20,009 bases of DNA, taken from NCBI GenBank assembly GCA_052386995.1, contig JBQTJP010000026.1, positions 1-20,009 on the forward strand, given 5' to 3'. The position numbers were made by a program, and so were the translations under genes. The stretch comes from Armatimonadota bacterium. Lineage in GTDB: Bacteria > Sysuimicrobiota > Sysuimicrobiia > Sysuimicrobiales > Humicultoraceae. Each line of letters starts with the position of its first letter. The first letter of the stretch is position 1. Of the stretch, positions 1 through 9,647 are shown piece by piece. Under the pieces are notes generated by a model that was given only the letters and a program-made list of their open reading frames with translations, ran no database searches and was not told the origin of the DNA.

Positions 1-693
1 GTCGCCTGGCGACGTGCGGCGTCCGACGCCGGCCATGAGACGTCGGGACGCACCTCTCCGCCCTCAGGACAGTTGACCGCACTTCAGCCGCTCGCGGATG
101 TCCCACTTCCGTCGGATTCCCTTGCCCAGGTCATCCGGCGCAGGGGTTCTACCCGCCAGTTCGACCGCAGGCCGATCACATTTCCGCAACTCTCCACGAT
201 CCTCGACCGCTCGACGCGTGGCATTCCAGCGGACTTCCGTGGAACCTCGAAGCAACCGGCGCCGACCACTGCCACGCTCAACGCCCTCTATCTGATCGTC
301 CATGCCGTTAGTGGCCTGACACCCGGTGCGTACGTCTTCCATCCGGACCAACACGCGCTCGAACTGCTCCAAGAGGGCGACTTCCGCCGGGAGGCAGGGT
401 ATCTCGACCTCGAGCAGGACCTGGCCGCCGACGCCAGTGTCAACGTGTACGTCCTCGCGGATCTCCCTTCCATTCTCGAGCGCCTTGGCAACCGGGGCTA
501 CCGCGCCGCGCAGCTCGACGCTGCAATCACGGGTGGCAAGCTCTACCTGGCCGCCTACGCGCTGAGGCTGGGTGCCAGCGGGCTGACGTTCTACGACGAC
601 GACGTGACGGAGTTCTTTTCCCCTCACGCGGCGGGCAAGAGCGTCATGTTCCTAGTTGCTCTCGGGAAACCGGCCAGGAGAACTCGCGGCTAG
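1..693 (+). CDS. SagB/ThcOx-family dehydrogenase / nitroreductase-fold flavoprotein, C-terminal part (5' end outside window)
   Basis: Frame is open from base 1 to TAG at 691-693. Contains IRRRGSTRQF (FMN-phosphate binding), LTPGAYVF, RGYRAAQLDA, LYLAAYALRLGASGLTFYDDDV, typical of SagB-type nitroreductase domains. Confidence 0.85.
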   Translation, partial: VAWRRAASDAGHETSGRTSPPSGQLTALQPLADVPLPSDSLAQVIRRRGSTRQFDRRPITFPQLSTILDRSTRGIPADFRGTSKQPAPTTATLNALYLIVHAVSGLTPGAYVFHPDQHALELLQEGDFRREAGYLDLEQDLAADASVNVYVLADLPSILERLGNRGYRAAQLDAAITGGKLYLAAYALRLGASGLTFYDDDVTEFFSPHAAGKSVMFLVALGKPARRTRG

Positions 694-1399
694 AACCGCC
701 GACAAGCTTTTCCAGCTGCCCCGCGTACTCCGGAGCCGGGGCGCCCTCTTCGTGCGTGAAGTACGCGTAGACATCCTTCTGCCCGGCAATCTGGTCCCGG
801 ATGCGACCGGTCCAGGCGTCCATCATCGCCGCATCATAGGCGGACCGGTGGAGCCGCAGATACGCGAACGGTCCCACAAACTCGAGGACCGGCTCGTCCT
901 CGTCCGACTCCATGATGACCAGCGCGGCGCGCTGTTCGGCGAGCGTGCGGTAGACCTCGTCCTCATACCAGGATTCGTGACGGAACTCCACGGCCACCAG
1001 CATCGGCGGCAGCGTATAGAGAAAGTCGCGCAGCAGCGGGACGTCGCGACGCAGCGTCGGCGGAAGCTGGAAGAGCAAGGGACCGCGGCGATCCTTGAGC
1101 ACCGCGATGCGCTCGAGCTGGGTGCGGATCGGATCCTCCACATCCTTCAGACGCTTCATGTGTGTGATCATCCGGTGGGCCTTGACGCTGAAACGAAATC
1201 CCCGAGGGGTGTTCCTGCGCCACACCTCGACGTGCTGGGTCTGCGGGAACCGGTAGAACGTGTTGTTCACCTCGACGGTCGAGAGCACACGGCTGTAGTG
1301 CTTCAACATCTCGTCACCGGGCAGGTCCGCCGGGTAGAAATTGCCGCGCCATTCCGGATAGCTGAACCCCGAGGTGCCCACGTAGAGCTTCGCGGCCAT
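644..1399 (-). CDS. DUF72 (YecE-like) family protein
   Basis: Starts MAAKLYVGTSGFSYPEW; motifs VEVNNTFYR, FSVKAHRMITH, LFQLPP, VEFRHESW, YLRLH. The ATG at 1399 is preferred over the track start at 1612. The 3' end overlaps the convergent nitroreductase gene by 50 bp. Confidence 0.92.
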   Translation of the reverse strand: MAAKLYVGTSGFSYPEWRGNFYPADLPGDEMLKHYSRVLSTVEVNNTFYRFPQTQHVEVWRRNTPRGFRFSVKAHRMITHMKRLKDVEDPIRTQLERIAVLKDRRGPLLFQLPPTLRRDVPLLRDFLYTLPPMLVAVEFRHESWYEDEVYRTLAEQRAALVIMESDEDEPVLEFVGPFAYLRLHRSAYDAAMMDAWTGRIRDQIAGQKDVYAYFTHEEGAPAPEYAGQLEKLVGGSSREFSWPVSREQLGT

Positions 1400-1414
1400 G
1401 GCATAGATATAGCA
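1400..1414 (-). promoter_or_regulatory. Extended -10 element (TGc-TATATC) 6 nt upstream of the DUF72 ATG; candidate leaderless promoter
   Basis: Minus strand reads GCG-TGCTATATC-TATGCC-ATG; no Shine-Dalgarno is visible. Confidence 0.45.
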
Positions 1415-1477
1415 CGCCGGCAGAGGAAATCGCTCCCACGACGGGCAATCGAGCACACACAAAGGGGGCTTCGCTGC

Positions 1478-1936
1478 ATGAACGACATGGCGCTCTATGG
1501 TCTGACCGCAACCCATACCAGAATCCACCGCTGTCTCGAAGACATCGCCGAAGAGGATGCCCGCCGTTCTCCAATTCCCGGGCTCGCGCCCATCGTCTGG
1601 CAGGTCGGACATCTGGCATGGGCGGACTTTGGCTTCGCGCGCCGGGCGGATGGTCGCACCGAGATGCCCGACGGCTATGAGGGTCTTTTCAAGCCGGGGA
1701 CGGGCACCGGGGGCGAGGCCTATCCATCTCTAGACGAGGTGAAGAATGCCCTCGATCGTGCCCACCGCTCGCTGGAAAGCGTCGCATGCAGCATCGACTT
1801 CGGCGCCCCCGTCGAGGCGCGGAACTACAGCACTGTCGGAGAGATGCTGGTCTTTGTCTGCTATCACAGGGGCTATCACATCGGAAAGATGACGACGCTT
1901 CGGGCCCTGCTCAAGAAGCCGCGGCTGTTCGGATGA
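1478..1936 (+). CDS. DinB/YfiT superfamily protein (putative metal-dependent thiol S-transferase)
   Basis: ATG at 1478 preceded by AAGGGGG; 152 aa; WQVGHLAWAD and YHRGYHIG give the three-His triad of DinB-fold proteins. Confidence 0.85.
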   Translation: MNDMALYGLTATHTRIHRCLEDIAEEDARRSPIPGLAPIVWQVGHLAWADFGFARRADGRTEMPDGYEGLFKPGTGTGGEAYPSLDEVKNALDRAHRSLESVACSIDFGAPVEARNYSTVGEMLVFVCYHRGYHIGKMTTLRALLKKPRLFG

Positions 1937-1957
1937 CCTGAGGTAACGACCGGCCGG

Positions 1958-3148
1958 TCAGCCGACGACGTCGCGAAACACTCGCAGGAAGTTCAATCCG
2001 AGCAGTTTCCGCAGCTCGTCCTCATTGAAGCCTCGCTGCGCCAGCGTCACCGTCACGTTGGGCCAGTCGCCGAAATTCTCGAAGCCGTTCATATGGTACT
2101 CCGGAGTCAGGCGGTGTTCTTTATCCCGGAACCCGGCCCAGTTGAACGCGTCGGCGGGCCGCTTGGGCATCGTTGCCGGATACTCCACCATCGACTCCGT
2201 CCCGGGGCCCGGCCCCGCTTTATCGGTGCCGATGCCGACGTGGTCGATACCTATACGATCCACCAGATGCTCCACGTGATCGACAAAGGCGTCCAGCGTC
2301 GGCTCGGTCTTGTCTGAAAGGAACCCGGCGATGACAACGACACCGAAGTAGCCGCCGCGGTCGGCGATGGCTTTCGCGAGCTCGTCGGTCTTGCCGCGGT
2401 CGTGGTGGCAGATGGCTTTGCTTGTCGAGTGGGAGACGACGATGGGCGCCGTGGAGAATTTCAGCGCATCCCAGCCGACCTGCTCGCTGCAGTGACTGAC
2501 ATCCACGAGAATCTTTGCCTCGTTGAGCCCCCGCACGACCTCTCTCCCGAAATAGGAGAGGCCGCCCTGGTGCGCCTCGGTGCAGCCGTCGCCGACCAGG
2601 TTGCGGAGATTGTACGTCAACTGCACCATGCGCACGCCCAGGTTGTAGAAGTAGTTGATGCGGTCGAGATTGTCGCCAAACGGGGTGGTGTTCTGAAAGT
2701 CGAGGATGAGTCCGTACCTGACCTTGCGGTAGACGCGTTCGATGTCGGCGGCTTCCCGGCAGGGGATCAGCGCGCCGTCCAACGCATCCACGTACGCATA
2801 GGCCTGGGCGATACGCTTTGTCGAGGCTTCAAACGCGTCGCTCACCCGCATGGATCCCGAATAGGTGCCGCACGCCACGGTGACACCTGACTTGCGCCAG
2901 AGGTCCAGGTACTGCTTGCGCGCATCGGCCGACGTCTGAATCTCGCGCACCGCCATGTCCTCCAGCAGGGGCGCCGCCTCCTCGCGCGTCATGCCTTTCC
3001 GAAAGTACTCATCGAGGGCCGTTTTCATTTTCGAGGTGAACAGAAAGCCTCTCGTGGCAGGCGGCTGCTGAGAATCAATCACCAGCGCCTCCTGATGGAG
3101 CTGCCGGGCCTCATCAGGCGTCAGCGTCGGCTTGCGTTTCGGCGACAT
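1958..3148 (-). CDS. Membrane dipeptidase family (peptidase M19) amidohydrolase
   Basis: GVRMVQLTYN, GLSYFGREVV, VDVSHCS, VSHS, IGIDHVGIGTD, KLLGLNFLRVF; GGAGG RBS upstream of the ATG. Confidence 0.9.
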   Translation of the reverse strand: MSPKRKPTLTPDEARQLHQEALVIDSQQPPATRGFLFTSKMKTALDEYFRKGMTREEAAPLLEDMAVREIQTSADARKQYLDLWRKSGVTVACGTYSGSMRVSDAFEASTKRIAQAYAYVDALDGALIPCREAADIERVYRKVRYGLILDFQNTTPFGDNLDRINYFYNLGVRMVQLTYNLRNLVGDGCTEAHQGGLSYFGREVVRGLNEAKILVDVSHCSEQVGWDALKFSTAPIVVSHSTSKAICHHDRGKTDELAKAIADRGGYFGVVVIAGFLSDKTEPTLDAFVDHVEHLVDRIGIDHVGIGTDKAGPGPGTESMVEYPATMPKRPADAFNWAGFRDKEHRLTPEYHMNGFENFGDWPNVTVTLAQRGFNEDELRKLLGLNFLRVFRDVVG

Positions 3149-3334
3149 ACGATGCCTCCGGCCCTTCGGTCTGACTCAGGGATGATAAAGGGATTAGGGG
3201 AGAGAGTTCCGGTCCCTGCCTGGATGCACGACGAAGGCCGCCGCACACTTCGATGGAATGATGAACCGTCCGACGCTGAGCCTTGATGGGCGGGCCCTGC
3301 TCGTCGACGGGCAGCTGCGCTCGTAAGACGGCTG

Positions 3335-4855
3335 TTATTTCCCGGAATCACCGATGGTCGCGGGCAGGGGCTGGGCGCCGTCGGCGCGCTCGCGCCGTCC
3401 CGGCAGGTCGGCGACCCGTCCTCGCGGGGCCAGCGCTGTGAACAGCAGGCCGAATGCCGCCGCCACGTACGCGATCACGAATACACCCTGAGTGCCGCTC
3501 GCCAGACCCGCACGCAGCACCCCCTGCACCGCCGGCGCGGCGGCACGTCCAAGCGGACTGAGCAGACTGTCCAGTGATACCGAGGCCGGGTTTACGCCGG
3601 CGGCCGCCAGGGCATCCGCCAGGCGCGCCGCAAGCACTGCGCCCATCACGCTCACGCCGATGGAGCCTCCAATCGTGCGTGTGAACTGAATCATTGAGGT
3701 GGCGGTTCCCAGGACGGCGCGCGGCACGGAGGTCTGCACCGCAATGACGAATGCCGGCACCGACATGCCCATGCCAATTCCCATGAGGGTGAGGGCCACG
3801 ACGAGGCTGAGCTGCGTCGCGCCCATCCCCAGACGCGACATGAGAAACGCACCCAGGGTCAGCAGGCTCATGCCGATGAGCGCGAGGGACCGAAAGCTAA
3901 AACGCAACAGCAGCCTGCTGCTCACGATACTCGCGGCCACCCATCCCAGCGACATCGGCGTCAGGGTCGCCCCGGCGGCGGTCGCGCTCGTCCCCATGAC
4001 GGCCTGGACAAAGAGCGGGATGAACGCGATGCCGCCGAACATCGCCCATCCCGCCAGGAATCCGTGCGCGCACGCCGCGGCGAAGAGCCGGTCGCGGAAA
4101 AGCGCCAGCGGGATCACCGGGTCGGCCGCGCGCCGCTCCACCACCGAGAGCACGCCGAAAAGCATCACGGCCAGCACCAGAGCGGCCCACCCACCTCCGC
4201 TCCTGAGGTCGGACAATCCCACCAGCAGCGCGACAACGCCCGCGGTCAACAGCGCCGCGCCGAGGTAATCGACCTGCCCCGGCCGGACGCCGGACGCGCG
4301 CGGCTCATCGACCCAGTACCGCCAGATCAGCGCCGCGGCCAGCAGCCCGGGAGGGATGTTAATGTAGAAGACCCACGGCCAGGGCAGCCGGTCGACGATG
4401 AAGCCACCCACGAGCGGACCGGCGATCGACGACACCGCCCAGACACCCGCGAACAGTCCGGTGAGCCGCGCGCGCTGCTCGAGATTGAACAACGCGCCGA
4501 TGACGATGAACGCGATCGTGAGCAGCCCCCCGGCGCCGACGCCCTGCACGGCGCGGAACGCGATGAGCTGTGACATGCTTCCAGCCAGACCGCAGAGCAG
4601 CGAGCCGAGGAGAAACAGGCCGAGCGCCACGGCGTACACGGACCGGCGGCCGTAGAGATCCGACACTTTCCCAAAAATGGGGAGCGCCGTTGTCGACGCC
4701 AGCAGGTATACGGCGAACACCCAGGAGTAGACATGAAGTCCGCCGAGCTGGCTGACGATGGTCGGCATCGCCGTGGCGACGACGGTGACTTCCATGGACG
4801 CTATGAAGATGCTCAGCATGATGCCCAGGACGATCAGGCGCTGAGTGTGTCCCAT
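3335..4855 (-). CDS. MFS drug:H+ antiporter, 14-TM DHA2 (EmrB/QacA-like)
   Basis: Many hydrophobic helices; TVVATAMPTI, motif A GKVSDLYGRR, FRAVQGVGAGG, GPLVGGFIVD, WVFYINIP. Confidence 0.93.
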   Translation of the reverse strand: MGHTQRLIVLGIMLSIFIASMEVTVVATAMPTIVSQLGGLHVYSWVFAVYLLASTTALPIFGKVSDLYGRRSVYAVALGLFLLGSLLCGLAGSMSQLIAFRAVQGVGAGGLLTIAFIVIGALFNLEQRARLTGLFAGVWAVSSIAGPLVGGFIVDRLPWPWVFYINIPPGLLAAALIWRYWVDEPRASGVRPGQVDYLGAALLTAGVVALLVGLSDLRSGGGWAALVLAVMLFGVLSVVERRAADPVIPLALFRDRLFAAACAHGFLAGWAMFGGIAFIPLFVQAVMGTSATAAGATLTPMSLGWVAASIVSSRLLLRFSFRSLALIGMSLLTLGAFLMSRLGMGATQLSLVVALTLMGIGMGMSVPAFVIAVQTSVPRAVLGTATSMIQFTRTIGGSIGVSVMGAVLAARLADALAAAGVNPASVSLDSLLSPLGRAAAPAVQGVLRAGLASGTQGVFVIAYVAAAFGLLFTALAPRGRVADLPGRRERADGAQPLPATIGDSGK

Positions 4856-4862
4856 GCGGCGG

Positions 4863-6314
4863 TCAGCGCATTGTCGAAGCGGAGTAGGCAGCCTGGGAGA
4901 ACATCACGTCCATCGGCATCTCTTCCCATGCCAGGAAGAGATTGTTCAGGGCCTCTGCCAGCGTCGGATGGCTGAAGATCGTGTCTCTGATGACCGTGTA
5001 CGGAATCTTGCCCATCATCGCCAGCTGTACGATGCTCATGATCTCGCCACCCGCAATACCCAGGATCGCGCAGCCGAGGATCTGCTTCGTCTCGGCATCG
5101 ACGACCGCCTTCATGAACCCGCGGGTCTCCGCGTTCTCCAGCGCACGCGCGACGTGACTCATGGGCAGTTTGGCAACGCCGATGTTCAGTCCCTTGGCCT
5201 TCGCCTCTCGCTCGGTCACGCCCACCCTGCCCAACTCCGGGTCGATGAACACCGTATACGGCACGGGCCGGCCCACCGTCTCGTCCCGCTGACCCCTGAC
5301 CAGCGTATTGCGGATGATCCTGAAGTCGTCGTAGGAAATGTGAGTGAATGCCGGCCCGCCCTTGACATCCCCGAGCGCGTAGATTCCCGGCACGTTGGTT
5401 CCCAGCATCGCATTGACCGGGATGTAGCCGCGCTCGTCGGTTCGCACGCCGGCCGCGGCCAGATTCAGACGATCGGTGTTGGGAGTTCGTCCCGTGGCCA
5501 AGAGCAGATGCGATCCACGCAGGCTGCGCTCTCCTTCCGGTGTGCGCACGATGAGGCGGATCCCGTCCGCGGCGTCGCGGTCCGCGCGCACGGCATCGGT
5601 CTCCAGCAGCACCGCGATGCCGTCCTCCCGCATGATCTTTGCCAGTTCTTCGGACACGTCCTCGTCCTCTTGAGGGAGCAGGTACTTCGCCCGCTGCACG
5701 ATCGTCACCGCGCTGCCGAGCCGGCGAAACAACTGGCCAAACTCCAGCCCGATGTAGCCGCCGCCGAGCACGAGCAGGTGCTCGGGCACCGAGTCCAGTT
5801 CCATGATCGACGTGGAATCCACCGCGGAGATGGCATCCAGCCCCGGGAGCGGCGGACGTGCGGGCCGCGCGCCCGTATTGATGAAGATCTTCTCGGCTGT
5901 CAGCCGCCTGGTCTCCCTGTCCTTCAGGCGCACTTCAACCGTACTCGGACCAACAAAACGCGCTTCGCCGAAGATGAGGTCCAGGCCCTCGGTCTTCTCC
6001 AGCCGGCGCTGGCTGCCGCTGCGAAACTTGTCGACGATGTCACGCTTGCGCTGCCGCACGCGCGCCATGTCGACGGTCACGGAGCCGGTGCCGATCCCAT
6101 AGTCGGCGGCGCGCCGCGCAAGATACGCTACCCGGGCGCTGGCCACCATCGTCTTGGTCGGCGTGCACCCCTCGTTGATGCAGGTTCCTCCGACGTGCTC
6201 GCGTTCCACGAGCACAGTCTTCAGCTTCGCCTCCTTAGCCAGACACACCGCGAGAGGCACTCCGGCCTGGCCGGCTCCAATCACGATGGCATCGTAGCGT
6301 TCAGATGGTGACAT
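4863..6314 (-). CDS. FAD-dependent pyridine nucleotide-disulfide oxidoreductase (MerA-like / RclA-YkgC-like group)
   Basis: GAGQAG FAD motif, redox disulfide [24 protein letters not shown](P)H motif, IYALGDV, C-terminal HPTLAE. ATG at 6314 lies 13 bp downstream of the ligase stop. Confidence 0.9.
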   Translation of the reverse strand: MSPSERYDAIVIGAGQAGVPLAVCLAKEAKLKTVLVEREHVGGTCINEGCTPTKTMVASARVAYLARRAADYGIGTGSVTVDMARVRQRKRDIVDKFRSGSQRRLEKTEGLDLIFGEARFVGPSTVEVRLKDRETRRLTAEKIFINTGARPARPPLPGLDAISAVDSTSIMELDSVPEHLLVLGGGYIGLEFGQLFRRLGSAVTIVQRAKYLLPQEDEDVSEELAKIMREDGIAVLLETDAVRADRDAADGIRLIVRTPEGERSLRGSHLLLATGRTPNTDRLNLAAAGVRTDERGYIPVNAMLGTNVPGIYALGDVKGGPAFTHISYDDFRIIRNTLVRGQRDETVGRPVPYTVFIDPELGRVGVTEREAKAKGLNIGVAKLPMSHVARALENAETRGFMKAVVDAETKQILGCAILGIAGGEIMSIVQLAMMGKIPYTVIRDTIFSHPTLAEALNNLFLAWEEMPMDVMFSQAAYSASTMR

Positions 6315-6327
6315 TTCGGGCACCCCT

Positions 6328-7914
6328 TCAGTGCACGCGTTTGGCCAGACCCACCCAGTAGCGCTCGCGCAGGTCACCCTTCAGGATCTTGCCGGTGCCG
6401 CCCTTTGGGAGGCTCTCGAAGAACTCGACCGACTTCGGCGCTTTGAAATGCGCCAGACGGTCTCGGCAGAACTGGATCAACTCATCTTCGGTCGCCGTCG
6501 CTCCCGGCTTCAGCACGACAAGGGCCTTCGGCACCTCACCCCACTGGTCATCGGGGACCCCGATGACGGCCACCTCGAAGACGGCCGGGTGGGAGAACAG
6601 CGTGTTCTCGACCTCGACCGACGAAATGTTCTCGCCGCCGCTGATGATAATGTCCTTCTTGCGGTCGACAATGAGCACGTAGCCCTCCGTGTCGATCGTG
6701 GCCATATCGCCGGTATGGAACCAGCCGTCGCGGATCGCCTCGGCCGTCGCCTGTGGATCCTTGAAGTAGCCCTCCATGACGACGTTGCTGCGCGCGACGA
6801 TCTCCCCTACCGTCCCGCCATCGGCCGGGACGTTACGGCCTTCCGCGTCTACGACCCTGATATCCACTCCCAGCACCTGGTATCCCGTCTTGGACCGGCG
6901 CTCGCGGTTCAGGTCAGGGGAGTCGCCGGCGAAGTGTGCCTTCGGGCGCGCCACGGTGAGTACCGGCGACGTCTCGGTCAAGCCGTATCCGACGAAGGCC
7001 TCGCATCCCAGCTTCTCTTCCATGGCTTTGATGAGCACCGCCGACGCCGGAGCGCCGCCCGTGACCGCGACGCGGAGGCTGCTGAGGTCGTACCTGCCGA
7101 TGTCCGGGTGGTTCACGAGCGCATTGTAGATCGTCGGCACGCCGAGCAGCGTGGTCACGCGTTCGGCCTGAATCAGCCGGAAGATCTCCAACGGATCGAT
7201 CTTGCGCAGCATCACGTGCGTCCCGCCCGACGCGGTGATCGTGTGCGGCGAGCCCCACCCATTGACGTGAAACATCGGGACCACGTGAAGGAGCACAGTC
7301 TCGTCCGCCTGACGAAGGGCAATGGTCTGATACAGCGCGTGCAGATAGAGCGAGCGGTGAGTCAGGATGACGCCCTTGGGCCTGCCGGTCGTGCCGCTCG
7401 TGTAGAAGAGCTCGGCGGGCTCATTTTCATCGACCACGGGATCGTCGGCCTGCGGCGGCGCCTGCCGCAGCAGCGTCTCGTATTCGAGGGCCGAGAACGG
7501 GAGCGTCAGGTCGGGCTCCAGCACGATGAAGCTCCTCACCGTCTGGAGGGCATCGCGCATCGCGTGCACCATCGGGACGAAGTCCTTGTGGAAGCAGAGC
7601 ACGCGAGACTCCGCGTGGTTCAGGATGTAGGTGATCTCCTGAGGGTTGAGGCGGATGTTGATAGGATTGAGCACCGCCCGAGCCTGCAGGACGCCGTAGT
7701 ACGCTTCGAGCAGGTGGTGAGTGTTGTACGTGATGAATGACACGACCTCGCCCGGCTTGACGCCGAGGCGGCCTAACGCGGAGGCGAGCCGCCGCGAGCG
7801 CTCGCCGAACTGCGCGTACGTGAAGCGCTTGTCGCCATCGATGACGCCGACTTTGGTGCCGAAGATCCGCTCGGCTCGCGTGCGAAATTCCAACGGGCTC
7901 AGCGCAACGTACAT
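6328..7914 (-). CDS. Long-chain/medium-chain acyl-CoA ligase (AMP-binding enzyme)
   Basis: AMP-binding motif [38 protein letters not shown], terminal PKGGTGK; GGAGG RBS. Confidence 0.95.
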   Translation of the reverse strand: MYVALSPLEFRTRAERIFGTKVGVIDGDKRFTYAQFGERSRRLASALGRLGVKPGEVVSFITYNTHHLLEAYYGVLQARAVLNPINIRLNPQEITYILNHAESRVLCFHKDFVPMVHAMRDALQTVRSFIVLEPDLTLPFSALEYETLLRQAPPQADDPVVDENEPAELFYTSGTTGRPKGVILTHRSLYLHALYQTIALRQADETVLLHVVPMFHVNGWGSPHTITASGGTHVMLRKIDPLEIFRLIQAERVTTLLGVPTIYNALVNHPDIGRYDLSSLRVAVTGGAPASAVLIKAMEEKLGCEAFVGYGLTETSPVLTVARPKAHFAGDSPDLNRERRSKTGYQVLGVDIRVVDAEGRNVPADGGTVGEIVARSNVVMEGYFKDPQATAEAIRDGWFHTGDMATIDTEGYVLIVDRKKDIIISGGENISSVEVENTLFSHPAVFEVAVIGVPDDQWGEVPKALVVLKPGATATEDELIQFCRDRLAHFKAPKSVEFFESLPKGGTGKILKGDLRERYWVGLAKRVH

Positions 7915-8021
7915 CGCGGTCCGCCTCCTCGGCTTCTCGCCCTGCGGCAGCTACGGTGGGGGGAGATTTGCCTGCGCACAGGGCCCTATCCTCCTCCGTC
8001 GCGCCTGATCGCCCGCGCTCT

Positions 8022-8051
8022 TTGCCAAAGGGCAGCTACCGGCCGTACTAT
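8022..8051 (+). promoter_or_regulatory. Putative sigma70-type promoter for phhB-MFS
   Basis: TTGCCA (8022-8027), 18 nt spacer, TACTAT (8046-8051), followed by a GGAGG RBS and ATG at 8078. Confidence 0.4.
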
Positions 8052-8077
8052 GATAGTGGAGAATCCGGAGGGCCGAG

Positions 8078-8434
8078 ATGACCACGCTGACGCAGATGAA
8101 GTGCACGGTCTGCCGCACCGGCGAGCCAACGGTGACCGACGCCGAGATCGCCGAGCTGCATCCCCAGATCGTAGACTGGCAGATCGTAGAGCAGCAGGGC
8201 ATCAAGCGCCTCAGACGCGTCTTCAAGTTCAAGGATTTCGCTCAGGCCATGGCCTTCACGACCAGGGTGGGCGAGCTTGCCGAGGCCGAAGGGCATCATC
8301 CGGCGCTGCTGACGGAGTGGGGACGTGTGACGGTGGAATGGTGGACGCACAAGATCAAGGGTCTGCATCGCAACGACTTCATCATGGCTGCTAAAACGGA
8401 CGGGCTCTATCGGGCCGGTGCAGAGCCGACCTGA
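8078..8434 (+). CDS. phhB: Pterin-4-alpha-carbinolamine dehydratase
   Basis: [10 protein letters not shown], catalytic EGHHP motif, [20 protein letters not shown]-terminal CxxC. Confidence 0.95.
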   Translation: MTTLTQMKCTVCRTGEPTVTDAEIAELHPQIVDWQIVEQQGIKRLRRVFKFKDFAQAMAFTTRVGELAEAEGHHPALLTEWGRVTVEWWTHKIKGLHRNDFIMAAKTDGLYRAGAEPT

Positions 8435-9647
8435 GGGAACGGCTCGTGCTGAGCCCGCGTCCTTCCTCCAACAACTCAGGGAGCTCAACTCCCCTGTCCT
8501 CATCCTGACGGCGATCTCGTTCGTCTCCAGCCTCGGCATCGCCGTGATGCTGCCGCTCATTCCGCTCTATGCGATCTCGCTGGGGGCGTCTCCGTGGCAG
8601 CTCGGCCTGCTCACGAGTGCCTTCGCATTGGCGAACGCCGTCTCACAACTTGCCGCCGGCCTGCTTATTGATCGCTTCGGTACCCGCGTGTTTATCCGTG
8701 GGGGCATCGCCACCTACGCCGGGGCGAACCTCCTGATCGCGACCGCGGCAACCGCGCCGGTGCTCATCGCCTACCGGACACTCGCGGGCCTCGGCACGGG
8801 TGTGAACCTGGTGGCGGGGCGAATTTATCTGGCCCAGATCACTGATCCGATGAAAATGGCCTTCACCAATGGGGTGCTTTCCGCGGCGTTCTCCGCGGGG
8901 CAGGTCGCCGGTCCTGCGTTTGGAGGCATCGTCACCGCTCTGGCCGACCTGCGGCTGCCCTTCCTCCTGGTTGGCCTGACCAGCGGGATCGCATTCGTCG
9001 GATCTCTCCTGCTCCCGCGCGCCGGCGAACGAACCGCAGCGGCCCCCGGGACGCAGGCCTCATCTGCCGCGACCGGCCTGTTCAACCGCGCGGCCATCAT
9101 CTTGCTCGTCGCCCAGTTCTGCCTGCTTGCGGGGTACGGAGGCTTCATCACGACCTATGCGCCGCTCGCCACGATGGTCCTCGGCTGGTCGACGCTTGAG
9201 GTTGGGATCATCTTCTCTGTCTTCGGCGCGGGGAGCATCGTGCTGGGCCCGTGGCTGTCCCATCTGGCCGACCGCATCGGACGCCCGCTCGTCGGCGCGC
9301 TGGCCTGCCTGCCGATCGCGCTGTTCGGCATCGGCCTTGTCCTCGCCCTCCCACGGCCCGTGCTGTACGCGATCACACTCGCCGCCGGCGGCGGACTCAC
9401 GGCGTTCACAGCGGCCTGGTTTGCGTTGCTGGCGGAGGCCGCGCCGAGCGCCCGGCGTGGCCGGACATTCGGTGTGATCAGCGCCGCTTCGAATCTTGGA
9501 ACCGTCGTCGGCGCGATGACGGCCTCCGCGATATGGCAGCGGGCAAACCTGAGCACCGCGATGCTGTCGGTGACCGTGCCCGTGATGCTCGGAGGCGCGG
9601 CGATGCTCTTGCTCCGGGCTAGAGCGCCATCGTCGCATTCCTCTTGA
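8418..9647 (+). CDS. MFS transporter (12-TM, DHA1/TetA-like)
   Basis: Motif A twice ([19 protein letters not shown]), GPAFGG antiporter-like motif, multiple TM segments. The GTG start overlaps the phhB end; exact start uncertain. Confidence 0.88.
   Translation: MQSRPEGTARAEPASFLQQLRELNSPVLILTAISFVSSLGIAVMLPLIPLYAISLGASPWQLGLLTSAFALANAVSQLAAGLLIDRFGTRVFIRGGIATYAGANLLIATAATAPVLIAYRTLAGLGTGVNLVAGRIYLAQITDPMKMAFTNGVLSAAFSAGQVAGPAFGGIVTALADLRLPFLLVGLTSGIAFVGSLLLPRAGERTAAAPGTQASSAATGLFNRAAIILLVAQFCLLAGYGGFITTYAPLATMVLGWSTLEVGIIFSVFGAGSIVLGPWLSHLADRIGRPLVGALACLPIALFGIGLVLALPRPVLYAITLAAGGGLTAFTAAWFALLAEAAPSARRGRTFGVISAASNLGTVVGAMTASAIWQRANLSTAMLSVTVPVMLGGAAMLLLRARAPSSHSS

Noticed and set aside
1..693. 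RiPP (azole) biosynthetic cluster suggested by the SagB-like gene
   Set aside because: No YcaO or precursor peptide in the window; stand-alone SagB-type nitroreductases are common. Upstream context is not visible.
656..1477. N-terminal 274 aa of the 426-aa ORF 656..1936
   Set aside because: Antisense shadow of the DUF72 gene that happens to be in frame with dinB; the real start with RBS is 1478.
3149..3334. 186-bp intergenic region as a possible ncRNA or riboswitch
   Set aside because: No recognisable aptamer core or terminator; only a promoter-like motif and an RBS.
4863..6314. Calling the reductase merA (mercury resistance)
   Set aside because: No C-terminal Cys-Cys pair, no NmerA domain, and no merR/T/P genes in the window.
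4845..7740. Long plus-strand ORFs 4845..6311 and 6331..7740 (also 13050..14060)
   Set aside because: Antisense shadows of well-supported genes, typical of GC-rich codon usage; no recognisable motifs.
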